From Leucobacter sp. (lineage in GTDB: Bacteria > Actinomycetota > Actinomycetes > Actinomycetales > Microbacteriaceae): a DNA stretch of 64,000 nt. Of the stretch, positions 10,394-20,572 are shown piece after piece (the first letter of the stretch is position 1; each line of letters opens with the position of its first letter). The stretch spans positions 7,510 through 71,509 of the forward strand of contig JBQEBC010000004.1 in assembly GCA_052106035.1 (NCBI GenBank), read 5' to 3'. The position numbers and the translations under genes are program-made. A model generated the notes under the pieces. That model saw nothing but the letters and a program-made list of their open reading frames with translations, was not told the DNA's origin and ran no database searches.

Positions 10394-11853
10394 GTGGATC
10401 TCACCGTACCTTCGTGAGGAGTTGACGTGGATTGGTTGATACTCGCGAGCAGCTCACGGGCGGCCTGCTGCGCCCCGGGCACCACGGAGGCAAGGCCCGT
10501 ACCGTGCACCCACTCGCCGGCATAGGCAAGCCCCGAGAGTGGATCGGACACGCTGCGTAACTCGGCCGCAGCCCGCATCGCCCAGCGGTGCCGCACTGAA
10601 GCACGCACTGAATCCGGGGAAATTTCAACACCCAGGATGCTCGATGCGTCTCTTCGGGCAAGTTCGGTTGCTTCGGCATCGTTGAGTAGTGTGGTCTCGG
10701 GTTCGCGCCCGGCACGCCCATACGAAAGGCGCACCACATGTTCTCCAGGGGCACGCCCAACCCTGCGATCCGGCCACTTTGCGGTGACGTGGGTGAGCGC
10801 CTTCGCTCTTACCTTCGACGTGCGTGACGTCACGAGTGCTCCAGACCCGCGGGGTGCCTCGTCGAGTCTCCGATCGAGAACGACCAGCACAATCACCTCG
10901 ACAGCCGCTCCTGCAGACTGCGCCTGGGCGGTCAGTTCGGGGGTGGCGATCACGACTCCGTCAACGGTTGCGTGCACCGCATCATTCGCTCCGTAAAGTT
11001 GGCAGGCTCCCACGCCAGTGGATTTTGAGTCGGTCACTCGCGCAATGTCGAGATCCGTGTGAATCGTGACACCGAGCCCCACGAGCTCCGCCGTCAGTGC
11101 TGTGACGAGCGACCCCATTCCGTCTCGCAGTGCAGCTACTGCACCGCCAGCTGCCACTCTCTCCGACCGCAACCGTCTGGCCGCGCGGAGGAGAGACCCC
11201 TCTTGGGAAAGTGCTGCAAGGAGGCCTGGAATCGCTGTAACTGGAAGCCGTTCAGGATCCGCCGAGTACACGCCGAGCGTGATCGGTCTGACAAGTCGTT
11301 CGAGCAAGCGGGATCCCAGCCTGCGCCGAACGAGATCAGCGGCGGTGGTATCAGGATCCACCTCGCGTACACGCGGCAGCAGTGATTCGAGCGCAGCACG
11401 CACAGCACCAAAAAAACCGAGCGTGCGCAGCGAACCCGAGCCGAGCGGAGCGGCCGGAATACCGAGCAGCCCGCCCGGCGGGATCGTTCGAGGGTGGTCC
11501 CCATCGATGACCCAAGATTCGAGCTCAGCGGGGTACACAATTTCGGCCGCAAGCCCCAACTCTTCGATAAGCGTGCGCACCGCTCCGCCTCGGGTCGCGA
11601 ATGCCTCAGCTCCGATCTCTACCACTGCACCACCGAGCTCCACGCTGCGCACTCGCCCGCCGAGCTGTAGCTCACGTTCGTAGAGCGAAACGCGCGCCCC
11701 GGCGAGCGCGAGTTTGCGCGCCGCGACGAGACCAGCGATGCCCCCGCCCACCACGGCAATGCTGCACGGTGAAGCTGAATCGCGATCAGGGAGGTCAAGA
11801 GGCATACGCGTGCGCGGCCATGTGAGCGTCAGTCCTGCTGTGGGCATGTTCAA
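10390..11853 (-). CDS. hemY: Coproporphyrinogen/protoporphyrinogen oxidase (HemY family); exact start uncertain
   Basis: FAD-binding VVGGGIAGL, GAEAFATR and AGEWVHGTGLASVV motifs; heme operon context. Confidence 0.88.
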   Translation of the reverse strand: MNMPTAGLTLTWPRTRMPLDLPDRDSASPCSIAVVGGGIAGLVAARKLALAGARVSLYERELQLGGRVRSVELGGAVVEIGAEAFATRGGAVRTLIEELGLAAEIVYPAELESWVIDGDHPRTIPPGGLLGIPAAPLGSGSLRTLGFFGAVRAALESLLPRVREVDPDTTAADLVRRRLGSRLLERLVRPITLGVYSADPERLPVTAIPGLLAALSQEGSLLRAARRLRSERVAAGGAVAALRDGMGSLVTALTAELVGLGVTIHTDLDIARVTDSKSTGVGACQLYGANDAVHATVDGVVIATPELTAQAQSAGAAVEVIVLVVLDRRLDEAPRGSGALVTSRTSKVRAKALTHVTAKWPDRRVGRAPGEHVVRLSYGRAGREPETTLLNDAEATELARRDASSILGVEISPDSVRASVRHRWAMRAAAELRSVSDPLSGLAYAGEWVHGTGLASVVPGAQQAARELLASINQSTSTPHEGTVRST

Positions 11854-12949
11854 CTATGCGAGTGAGCACATCGGGGTCAGTCTCTGGTGGCACTCCGTGT
11901 CCGAGATTTAATATGTGCGCGGGAGCACGCTCACCGCGACGGAGCACATCATCGAGATGCATCTCAAGCGCTTCAGCAGTTGCCCCAAGAAACGAGGGAT
12001 CGAGGTTACCCTGGAGCGGGAACGCGTCGTTCAGCCGTTCGCTTGCTTCGTCGAGCGGCGTCCGCCAGTCAACTCCGATAGCGCTTGGCCTGACCTCGGC
12101 GAGTTCTTCGAGGAGGTGCCCAGACCCAACGGCGAAGTGGATGACCGGGACATCGAGCAAGCGATCTGAGTATCCGTCGAGATTCGGGCTGCGGTACTGC
12201 TGTTCTCGAACAAGTTCCAGCGCGCGACGCGACGCGGGGGCCACACGGTCTCGGTAGTCGTGAGCATTCAGTGAGCCTGCCCAGGAATCAAACAATTGCA
12301 CTGCGCTCGCACCCGCCTCAACCTGCGCTTCAAGAAAGACCGCACTGAGCTCCGCCGCCCAATCGAGCAGTGCTCGCCACGTCTCAGGATCGGCATGCAT
12401 GAGCGTTCGGGCTCGCAGGTGATCACGCGACGGGCCGCCCTCGACGAGGTATGCAGCGAGCGTGAACGGGGCGCCTGCGAAGCCGATCAGAGGGGTGTCC
12501 CCGAGCTCAGCCACGGTGAGAGCGACGGCATCGCGAATTGGGCCGAGCGCTGCTCGAAGCCGGTCAGGGGTGAATTCTTTGCGGCACCGGGCAACATCGG
12601 CTTTGGTGCGAATTGGGTTCTGAAACACAGGTCCGCGACCTGAGACAAGTTCGACGTCGACTCCGGCGAGGAGCAGCGGAATAACAATATCGCTGAAAAA
12701 CACGGCAGCATCCACACCGTGTCGTCGCACGGGCTGCAGCGTGATCTCGCTGGCAAGCTCGGGTGTGAGACAGGCATCGAACATCCGATGCTCGGCCCGC
12801 AGCTGCCGGTACTCGGGGAGCGAGCGGCCTGCCTGGCGCATAAACCACACTGGCACCTGAGCTGGACGATCACCATGCAGCGCACGGATGAGTGGTGAAT
12901 CGCTAGTTCGACCTGAGACGAGCGGATGGGATGCCGGAAGAATGGTCAT
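11795..12949 (-). CDS. hemE: Uroporphyrinogen decarboxylase
   Basis: PVWFMRQAGRSLPEY, GFAGAPFTLA and NLGHGV motifs. Confidence 0.97.
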   Translation of the reverse strand: MTILPASHPLVSGRTSDSPLIRALHGDRPAQVPVWFMRQAGRSLPEYRQLRAEHRMFDACLTPELASEITLQPVRRHGVDAAVFFSDIVIPLLLAGVDVELVSGRGPVFQNPIRTKADVARCRKEFTPDRLRAALGPIRDAVALTVAELGDTPLIGFAGAPFTLAAYLVEGGPSRDHLRARTLMHADPETWRALLDWAAELSAVFLEAQVEAGASAVQLFDSWAGSLNAHDYRDRVAPASRRALELVREQQYRSPNLDGYSDRLLDVPVIHFAVGSGHLLEELAEVRPSAIGVDWRTPLDEASERLNDAFPLQGNLDPSFLGATAEALEMHLDDVLRRGERAPAHILNLGHGVPPETDPDVLTRIVEHAHSRTDAHMAAHAYAS

Positions 12950-12967
12950 GGAACGAGATAGTAACCC

Positions 12968-12996
12968 ATAGATCTGATGTAATAGATCAGATCTAT
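12968..12996. promoter_or_regulatory. Perfect 11-bp inverted repeat in the hemE/hemA divergent promoter region (candidate operator)
   Basis: atagatctgat-N7-atcagatctat. Confidence 0.55.
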
Positions 12997-13060
12997 TCAG
13001 CTTCGCGTGGTTTTCTTGATGCGTTGAAGAATAAAATCAGTTCAAGAACAGAAACAGCGT

Positions 13061-14308
13061 ATGCTCCTTTCCCTGTCATTTCACCTCGAACACTGCTCAC
13101 TCGAGCTACTCGAGGAACTGTCGCGCCACGAAAATTCGGTGGTAGAAGAGCTGAAGAACCCCGATTTAGCTTCAGGATCGGTGGTCCTGGCCACCTGTAA
13201 TCGCTTCGAGGTGTATGCCGACACCCACCTCCCATACGGTGAAGCATTCATTTCTCGTATTGCAGCCGCCACAGGGCTGCCACAGGCAGAGCTCGAAGAA
13301 CTTGCTGTCACGAAGACCGGCCCCAAAACCGCAGAGCACCTCTTCAAGGTTGCCTCGGGACTCGAATCGGCAGTGGTCGGCGAGCACGAGATCGCAGGCC
13401 AGGTGCGCCGAGCACACACTGAGGCGCGCGAGCAAGGAACACTGACCCATGACCTCGAACACCTCTTTCGCACGGCAACCCGAACCTCACGTACGGTCGG
13501 TCACCGCACCAGCCTCCGCTCGACCGGGCGCTCGCTTGTGCGTCTTGCTCTGCGGATAGCCGAAGCTCGCATTCCTGATTGGAAAGGCACCTCCGTGCTG
13601 CTCATTGGAACCGGGGAATACGCAGGCGCCACGGTTTCAGCGCTACGATCGCGCGGCGCCGAAGCAATCATGGTCTACTCCCCCTCGGGGAGAGCCTCGG
13701 ATTATGCCGCGCGTCACGGCCTCACCGCGATCTCCTCAGACGGCCTCGATCACGCCCTCGCTCAGGCAGATCTCGTTATCGCGTGTACCCGCGCCGACCG
13801 TCCGGTGCTCACACCTGACACCCTCGCCCGAACCCCTGATGAGGCATTGCCCAGTCTCTTCATCGATCTCGGCATGCCAAGAAACATTGATGCGTCGATC
13901 AGAGAACTGCGCGGCGCCCAGCTGCTCGACCTCGAAACCATCACCGCACACGCTTCAGTCGGGGAACTCAGCGCCGAGTCAGAAGCCCACGAGATCGTTC
14001 GAGACGCGGCGCTCGAGTTCACCGCGACGCAAGCAGAGCGTGACGCCCTCCCGGCGCTCCTCGCACTGCGCCGTCACGTGCTCGGAATTCTTGAAGACGA
14101 GCTCTGCCGTTCCCGACGCCCTTCGGGTACCACAAACGACTCAGTACGCGAAGATGCGAGTATCGAAGAAGCCGTTCTTCGCAGATTCACCAGCAAGCTG
14201 CTCCACACCCCCATGACCAGGATCCGCACACTCGGGCGTGAAGGGCGCGTGGTCGACGCCAATGACGCGCTCGCGTCACTCTTCGGGATCGCACCTCACG
14301 AGGAGTGA
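13061..14308 (+). CDS. hemA: Glutamyl-tRNA reductase
   Basis: LATCNRFEVY, GLESAVVGEHEIAGQV and IDLGMPRNID motifs. Confidence 0.96.
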   Translation: MLLSLSFHLEHCSLELLEELSRHENSVVEELKNPDLASGSVVLATCNRFEVYADTHLPYGEAFISRIAAATGLPQAELEELAVTKTGPKTAEHLFKVASGLESAVVGEHEIAGQVRRAHTEAREQGTLTHDLEHLFRTATRTSRTVGHRTSLRSTGRSLVRLALRIAEARIPDWKGTSVLLIGTGEYAGATVSALRSRGAEAIMVYSPSGRASDYAARHGLTAISSDGLDHALAQADLVIACTRADRPVLTPDTLARTPDEALPSLFIDLGMPRNIDASIRELRGAQLLDLETITAHASVGELSAESEAHEIVRDAALEFTATQAERDALPALLALRRHVLGILEDELCRSRRPSGTTNDSVREDASIEEAVLRRFTSKLLHTPMTRIRTLGREGRVVDANDALASLFGIAPHEE

Positions 14309-14315
14309 TGAAGGC

Positions 14316-15566
14316 TTATTCTGCCGCAATCTCGCCAGCATCAGCATCGGCCAGCATCAACCTGAGCTCAGTAACCCGCAGCGCTGCTTCGCTGAGACGA
14401 TCCACAGGTAGCGTGCCTGCTTCGACCAATACGGTGACCTGATCGACAAGTGCCACGATGCTCTGTGCATCCATCCCCGCGATGATAAGCGCAATGTCAG
14501 CGCCTGCCGCCAACGCCGCCACAACATTCGCCGCAGGGTCTTGATATTCGGGAATCCCGCTTGCCTGCAGCATGCCAAGATCGTCGGTCACGGTCACCCC
14601 CGTAAACCCGAGCTCACCCCGCGCAAGCGCATACCACTCAGGGGAGAGTGAGGCCGGTTGTGCCGATACCTGAGTGTAGGTGAGGTGACCAAACATGAGC
14701 AGCTCTGCCCCGGCGTCGATCCCTGCTTCAAACGGAACCGCGTCTGAGCTGCGCCACGCATTGAGGGTCTTGTCCGTGTGCGGCACGGTGTAGTGCGAGT
14801 CACCCGGAACAGCTCCGTGGCCCGGGAAATGCTTCAACGTAGAGGCGACGCGGCCGCGCTCCCCGCTGATGGCGGCGGCCACTCGCGAGGCGGCAGACTG
14901 GGGGTCGTCACCCAGCGTGCGGGTATAGATGAAGCTGAGGGGGTCACTCGTCACGTCGGCCACGATGCCAAAATTCACATTCACTCCAGAGTCTGCGAGC
15001 GTCTCGGCACGCCCCTGAAACGCGGTCTTGGTATCGGCTTCAGGTGCGTTGCGGAGCGAATCAGCACCCGGCAGCCCGTCCCACGGCAGCCTTGTCACCA
15101 CGCCGCCTTCTTCATCGATCGCGACGAGTGGTGGAAGCGCGGAATCAACGGTGAGCGCGTTCGTGAGTTGATCGAGTTCGGTCGGGGTGCCGGGCACATT
15201 TGAACCCATCACGATGAACCCTCCGAGTCCGGCGTTCGCCATGAGCCCGTGCAGCACTGCAGCATCGGTTCCAGAAACCGATGCCATGATGACGCTGCCA
15301 ACAAGCTCCCGCGTCGAGGCGCCCTCAACCCACTCCAGCGCGGCAGCGTGGCGAACTTCCTCGGGTGTGGGTGGTTCGGGCGTGGGTGCAGGGGTCTCTG
15401 ATACCGAAGTCTTCGACGAAGCAGCGGGCTCTGGTGCGCAAGCCACAATGAGTGTTGCGGTGGCCGCCAGTGCGGCCAGGGCAGCCATCATTCGATGCGT
15501 CCTGCGTGAATCATTCGGAGGCGGATGACCCAGGCAAGCCCGACCTCGCATCACGTTCATCGGCAT
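14316..15566 (-). CDS. Glycoside hydrolase family 3 lipoprotein (NagZ-like N-acetylhexosaminidase)
   Basis: IDEEGGVV, KHFPGHG-x4-DSH and TDDLGM motifs; lipobox IVAC. Confidence 0.88.
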   Translation of the reverse strand: MPMNVMRGRACLGHPPPNDSRRTHRMMAALAALAATATLIVACAPEPAASSKTSVSETPAPTPEPPTPEEVRHAAALEWVEGASTRELVGSVIMASVSGTDAAVLHGLMANAGLGGFIVMGSNVPGTPTELDQLTNALTVDSALPPLVAIDEEGGVVTRLPWDGLPGADSLRNAPEADTKTAFQGRAETLADSGVNVNFGIVADVTSDPLSFIYTRTLGDDPQSAASRVAAAISGERGRVASTLKHFPGHGAVPGDSHYTVPHTDKTLNAWRSSDAVPFEAGIDAGAELLMFGHLTYTQVSAQPASLSPEWYALARGELGFTGVTVTDDLGMLQASGIPEYQDPAANVVAALAAGADIALIIAGMDAQSIVALVDQVTVLVEAGTLPVDRLSEAALRVTELRLMLADADAGEIAAE

Positions 15567-15596
15567 TCTTCCAGTGTAGGACTCACTGTCTGCAGG

Positions 15597-16550
15597 TCAG
15601 CCGCGCATCGCGACCCCGTGGCGCCAATACCCCATGAACGCCACCTGTGCGCGATCGATTCCGAGCGTCTTCACCAGATGCCGCCGAAGTGTCGTGACGA
15701 CACCACTCTCACCGGCGATCCAGAAATACCTTTCGGCGTGGGGTGTCTCATCGTTCAGTGCGGCTCCAGAACCGGAGAACCTGGGTGTTTCCCAAAGCAG
15801 ATCGTCAGAATCGAGATCGCGAATGTTTAAGTGTGCAGCAACGCCCAGATGGTCAGTGACTGCCGAGATCAGTTTCTCACCATGCGTTGCCCTGCTTCTG
15901 GGGAGCCAGTTCACCGTGACCCCGGCAGGTGCGTCGATCTCAAGCGCATCCGCGTCCATCGGGATTTCGATAAACACCTCGCCGCGCAAGTCTGCAGGCG
16001 CGTCCTCAAGAATCCTGGCGATCGCAGGAGCCGCTGTTTCGTCTCCTGCAAGCAACACCTGGGCTACTGCATCAGGATCGTATTCGATGCCGCCGCCATC
16101 AAACCTGCCCCGTCGAGGCCCTATGAGGAGTAACTCATCACCGACCTCTGCTGCCTGCGCCCACCGGGAAGCCGGACCGGAGAGTCCGGGTGCAAGGTGG
16201 AGTACAAAATCGATTACGACCTCAGTTCCATTCGGTGTGAGGGACACGTCGCGGATCGAGTAGGTACGCATTGTGCCGCGCTCCTCTTCTGGCACTTCCA
16301 ACCACGCCTGATACCAGTCAGCACCGGCGTGAGACAGGTCAGGAAGCACGCCTAACTCTGGCGGAAACACGAGCTTGATGCGCTGGTCGAATGTCGCCCC
16401 GGGAGAACCGAAATCCTTGAGCGACTCCCCCGCGAACGTGATCCGCACGAAGTTCGGCGAGACGCGGTCAACAGCGGCCACGCCTGCGGTGACAAGCTGA
16501 AACGGCGGCGTCTGCGCCACCGGGTCGGCGGGTGAGGATTCAACTGACAT
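15597..16550 (-). CDS. Siderophore-interacting protein (FAD-binding ferric-siderophore reductase family)
   Basis: MRTYSIR, IDFVLH, AGDETAAPAI, IAGES and FMGYWR motifs. Confidence 0.93.
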   Translation of the reverse strand: MSVESSPADPVAQTPPFQLVTAGVAAVDRVSPNFVRITFAGESLKDFGSPGATFDQRIKLVFPPELGVLPDLSHAGADWYQAWLEVPEEERGTMRTYSIRDVSLTPNGTEVVIDFVLHLAPGLSGPASRWAQAAEVGDELLLIGPRRGRFDGGGIEYDPDAVAQVLLAGDETAAPAIARILEDAPADLRGEVFIEIPMDADALEIDAPAGVTVNWLPRSRATHGEKLISAVTDHLGVAAHLNIRDLDSDDLLWETPRFSGSGAALNDETPHAERYFWIAGESGVVTTLRRHLVKTLGIDRAQVAFMGYWRHGVAMRG

Positions 16551-17340
16551 GGTGTCTTCCAATCGGTATGACCAGTGGCGTCCGCGAAACAGGATCCGTG
16601 ATTACCGTGCTCGAGAGACCGAATACTTCCGAGACCATCGTCTCGGTGATGACCGTCTCGGGCGGGCCAGCACTATGCACCGAGCCCTCTCGCATCACGA
16701 CAAGTTCGCTCGAGTAGCGGGCAGCGAGGTTGAGGTCGTGCAGCACCATGACGATCGTGGTTCCACGCGTTTCGTTGAGATCGGTGAGCAGGTCAAGCAC
16801 CTCGACCTGATGCGAAACATCGAGGAATGTGGTTGGTTCATCAAGCAGCAGAATATTGGTCTCCTGTGCGAGCACCATCGCGATCCAGACCCGCTGTCGC
16901 TGGCCCCCTGATAACTCATCGACCGAACGATCCGCCAGGTCGGAGATTCCCGTCGCCTCAAGCGACGCGGCAACAACTTCGTAGTCGCGCTGGTTCCACC
17001 GAGCGAGCGTTTTCTGGTGCGGATGCCGCCCCCGGCCGACGAGGTCGGCAACTGCAATCCCTTCTGGTGCGGTCGGGCCCTGCGGAAGGAGCCCGAGCAT
17101 GCGTGCGAGTTGTTTCGACGGGATGCGGTGGAGCGTCTCTCCGTCGAGCACCGCTCGGCCAGATTGCGGTTTCAGTAGGCGTGAAAGCGCGCGCAGCAGC
17201 GTTGACTTACCGCACCCGTTCGGGCCGACAATCGACGTAATCGCGCCGGGGGTGACACGAAGATCGAGCCCGTCAACGATGGTGCGATCGTCGTATGCGA
17301 GGCGGATCGCCTCGGTGCTCAATAAGTGGGTGGCGGTCAC
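16540..17340 (-). CDS. Iron-siderophore ABC ATP-binding protein
   Basis: GPNGCGKS, LSGGQRQR and LLLDEPT motifs; GTG start overlaps the upstream stop. Confidence 0.94.
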   Translation of the reverse strand: MTATHLLSTEAIRLAYDDRTIVDGLDLRVTPGAITSIVGPNGCGKSTLLRALSRLLKPQSGRAVLDGETLHRIPSKQLARMLGLLPQGPTAPEGIAVADLVGRGRHPHQKTLARWNQRDYEVVAASLEATGISDLADRSVDELSGGQRQRVWIAMVLAQETNILLLDEPTTFLDVSHQVEVLDLLTDLNETRGTTIVMVLHDLNLAARYSSELVVMREGSVHSAGPPETVITETMVSEVFGLSSTVITDPVSRTPLVIPIGRHHVS

Positions 17341-18362
17341 AGTGTGCCTCCGGAGCGGTTCATTCGGATGAGAAGATAGACAAGATACGGGGCGCCGAGC
17401 ACCCCGGTGATGACACCCACCGGGTATCGATGTTCGAATGCATTCTGGCCGACAAAATCGGCGACAAGCACAAGCAGCGCTCCGACACACCCTGCCTGGA
17501 GGAGGGGCGGTGTTCCCGATCCGACAAGCCGCACTGCGATTGGCCCGGACATAAACGCCACAAACGCGATCGGCCCGCTCGCAGCGGTCGCGAATGCCAA
17601 AAGGGCAACCGCGGCGAGAAGTAAGAGCACGCGGGTGCCATTCACATTGAGTCCGAGCTCTGCGGCGGAATCATCGCCCAGGCGCAGCACGCCGAGGCCG
17701 CGGCCGTTTCCGAGCAGCAGTGGAATCAGCAGCACCGACGCGATTGCGAGCGGCAGAATGGCATCCCACGTCGCCGCATTGAGACTCCCGGTAAGCCACC
17801 GCATCGCAGTCTGCACATCCCAAGCCGCGGCGCGTGACAGCATGTACGACACGACCGCGTTGAGCATCGCAGCAACGCCAATCCCGATAAGGATGAGTCT
17901 GGTTCCGGCAAAGCCCCCTCTATGTGAGAGCGCATAGATAACTGCTGCAGTGCACAGCGCTGCAAGGAGCGCGAGTAGAGAAACGCTCGTTTCACTGAGC
18001 GAGAAGGTAATGATGCCGATGACCGCCGCGGCGCTCGCCCCAGCGCTGATACCGATGATGTCAGGTGACGCGAGTGGGTTTCTCAAGATCGTTTGGAACG
18101 TCACGCCAGACATTCCAAATGCGAACCCGGCAAGCACCCCCATGGCTGCTCGAGGCAGTCGCGACTCCCCAATCGTGAACGATGCGCCAGGTATGTCGGC
18201 GCCAAACAGCACCGCGATCACGTCAACGGGAGACACATAACTACTGCCAAACACGAGTGAGGCCGCAAAGACACATACAACGAGCACCCCGAGTGCGACG
18301 GTGATGCGCCGACGAACTCGTGCGCGGCGTTTTCTCCCAGCAATGACAATCATCGCGGTCAT
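17337..18362 (-). CDS. Iron-siderophore ABC permease (FepG-like)
   Basis: RLPRAAMG, RNPLASPDIIG and GPIAFVA motifs; ATG 18362 coupled to the upstream stop. Confidence 0.92.
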   Translation of the reverse strand: MTAMIVIAGRKRRARVRRRITVALGVLVVCVFAASLVFGSSYVSPVDVIAVLFGADIPGASFTIGESRLPRAAMGVLAGFAFGMSGVTFQTILRNPLASPDIIGISAGASAAAVIGIITFSLSETSVSLLALLAALCTAAVIYALSHRGGFAGTRLILIGIGVAAMLNAVVSYMLSRAAAWDVQTAMRWLTGSLNAATWDAILPLAIASVLLIPLLLGNGRGLGVLRLGDDSAAELGLNVNGTRVLLLLAAVALLAFATAASGPIAFVAFMSGPIAVRLVGSGTPPLLQAGCVGALLVLVADFVGQNAFEHRYPVGVITGVLGAPYLVYLLIRMNRSGGTL

Positions 18363-19407
18363 AGTTCGCGCACCCGCTGTCTGCGTACGATCCAAATGAA
18401 GAATGGAGCACCGAGCACCGCGGTCAAAATGCCCACCTCTATTTCTTCGGGGCGAGCCACCACACGTCCGAGTGTGTCGGCCGCGGTGAGCAGCGCGGCA
18501 CCGACGATCGCCGAGAACGGAAGCATCCACCGGTGATCGGGACCAATAAGCATACGGCAGGCATGCGGAACGACGAGCCCAACGAATCCGATGGGCCCTG
18601 CGACCGCGACCGACACCCCGCACAGCACCACTGCGGCTGCAGCTGCAATGATACGTGTGCGCACCACGTGCGTTCCCAAACCAGCAGCGAGGTCGTCTCC
18701 GAGCGCGAGCGAGTTCAGCCCTCTCGCGGTCGCGAAACACACGACCGCAGCGGCGCCAAGTGCTGGAGCGACGAGCGCAATCCGATCCCACGTTGCTCCC
18801 CCGACACCACCAATTTGCCAGAACTGAAAGTTTTTGATGATGTCGACCCGTGGGAGCAGCACCACGCTGACGAGAGAAATGCACGCAGCACCGGTCGCAG
18901 CGCCAGAAAGCGCAAGTTTGAGGGGTGTCGCACCACCGCGGCCAAGCGAACCGACCGCGTACACAAATACGGCAACAATCATCGCACCAAACACGGCGAT
19001 GATCATAGTCGCATAGCCCCCGAGAGGCCGAAGAAGGCAATACCCACTACTACCGCAAGCGATGCGCCGCTCGAGACCCCAAGAATCCCTGGATCTGCGA
19101 GCGGGTTGCGCGTCACGGCCTGCATCAATGCCCCGGAAAGTGCGAGAGCCGCGCCCACAAGCATTGCGAGCACCGTGCGCGGTATCCGCTTCGCCACAGC
19201 GGCCTCAGCGATCGTCTCGGTGGACCCGCCGAGCGCACGGAACATCGCGCTCGGAGTGACATCAAGTGACCCGAATGCCACCGATGCAATGCCAATGATG
19301 GCGAGCACCGCGATGCCCCCGACCCACCACAGGGTGACGCGAGTCGCCGTTCCTCGCTGCGAGTGCAGGGTGAGGGTCGGCGACTCGGCCACGACCGTTT
19401 GGGTCAA
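18359..19407 (-). pseudogene. Iron-siderophore ABC permease (FepD-like), split by a frameshift at a G5 run (19017-19021)
   Basis: The N-half ([17 protein letters not shown]) ends at TGA 19003 and the C-half starts at ATG 19006. Adding one G restores ...[17 protein letters not shown].... Confidence 0.8.
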
Positions 19408-20441
19408 GAGGCTTGGCGAGTCGCATCCGCGAGCACTGCGAAGTACTCGTCGATGCCCCACCCAATCGAAAGTGGCGATGGGTTCGCCGAAGCCGCGAGT
19501 GGCGAACTGTCGTCAAGAATCGCAATGTTGCCGTCAGCGATCGCGGGAATCTTCGAGAGAAGCGGATCCGCCTGCAGCTGAGCTACGGTGTCACCGTCGG
19601 GATCTCCGTAAGTGACGAACACGTCGACGTCAGCGAAGCGATCCGCTTGCTCGGAACTCACAGTCACATAGAACGCATCCGTTCCTTCGGTTTCCTCCGC
19701 GACGATCGTGGGCGCTGGGAGCCCGATGCCCTCAAAGAACCCTGGCCTCGTGTCGTGGCTCGTGTAAAAGCCAATCTGGCTGAGATCTGAGACGTCAATG
19801 TATGAGAACAGCAGCTTCGTGTCCTTGAGCTCAGCATGTTTCTCGAGTGCTGCCTCAACCGTTCCGTGCAACTCTTCGATCAACGCGTCGCCCTCATCTA
19901 ACAGGCCGAGCGCCTGCGAATTCAAGCGGATCGTGTCTTCGTATGAGGCTCCCCACGCAATGTCTGGATACGCAACGACCGGCGCGATCTTTGAGAGCCG
20001 GTCGTACTCTTCCTGCGTGAGCCCTGAGTAGGCGGCAAGAATCACGTCTGGCTGCGTCTCATTCACAGCGTCGAAGTCAATGCCATCAGTCTCGTCAAAC
20101 AACACAGGCGTTTCGGCCCCGAGCTTGTCGAGCTGATCTTCAACCCACGGCAGCACGCCGTCGCCATCATCGTCTCCCCACGTCGCTTTGCTCATTCCCA
20201 CGGGAACCACGCCCAAGGCAAGAGGTACCTCGTGATTTGCCCAGGCAACCGTCGCGACGCGCACTGGTGCCTGTTCGATCACGGTTTCGCCGTAGGCGTG
20301 CTCGATCGTTACGGGGAAGCCGTCTGCGCCTGCAGCAGAGATTTTGGTATCACTGTCGGGGGAACTTCCAGGTGAGCAAGCTGCCAGAGCAATCGTGGTT
20401 GCAGTGATGACCGCAACTCCGAGAAGACGTGAAATGCGCAC
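19404..20441 (-). CDS. Iron-siderophore ABC substrate-binding lipoprotein
   Basis: Lipobox [18 protein letters not shown] and LSKIAPVVA motifs. Confidence 0.93.
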   Translation of the reverse strand: MRISRLLGVAVITATTIALAACSPGSSPDSDTKISAAGADGFPVTIEHAYGETVIEQAPVRVATVAWANHEVPLALGVVPVGMSKATWGDDDGDGVLPWVEDQLDKLGAETPVLFDETDGIDFDAVNETQPDVILAAYSGLTQEEYDRLSKIAPVVAYPDIAWGASYEDTIRLNSQALGLLDEGDALIEELHGTVEAALEKHAELKDTKLLFSYIDVSDLSQIGFYTSHDTRPGFFEGIGLPAPTIVAEETEGTDAFYVTVSSEQADRFADVDVFVTYGDPDGDTVAQLQADPLLSKIPAIADGNIAILDDSSPLAASANPSPLSIGWGIDEYFAVLADATRQAS

Positions 20442-20487
20442 AGGATCCCCTTCACACGGACGCCAGAAGTGCGCCCATTAACTATGT

Positions 20488-20524
20488 GAAAGTTAGCCTA
20501 GCCTTACATTCATCTGATGATCAA
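20488..20524 (-). promoter_or_regulatory. DtxR/IdeR box with putative promoter (-35 TTGATC, 18 bp, -10 TAGGCT)
   Basis: Minus strand taaggctaggctaactttc (20488-20506) matches the DtxR consensus at 16/19. Confidence 0.82.
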
Positions 20525-20540
20525 TTTTTGATTGCAAAAT

Positions 20541-20572
20541 TTACTCAGAAAACCCTCAGGATTTCCGAGTAA
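20541..20572 (-). terminator. Putative terminator hairpin after tmk
   Basis: Minus strand ttactcggaaa...tttctgagtaa stem with one G-U pair, then aattttg. Confidence 0.5.

Noticed and set aside
14316-15597. GH3 gene as part of the siderophore operon (glycosylated-siderophore processing)
   Set aside because: It has its own TACACT -10 six bases before the ATG and the NagZ-type KHFPGHG..DSH motif, so independent cell-wall recycling is more likely.
18362-19040. Long N-terminal extension of the 567-aa ORF
   Set aside because: It overlaps the true upstream permease in another frame; the permease-like sequence starts at ATG 18362.
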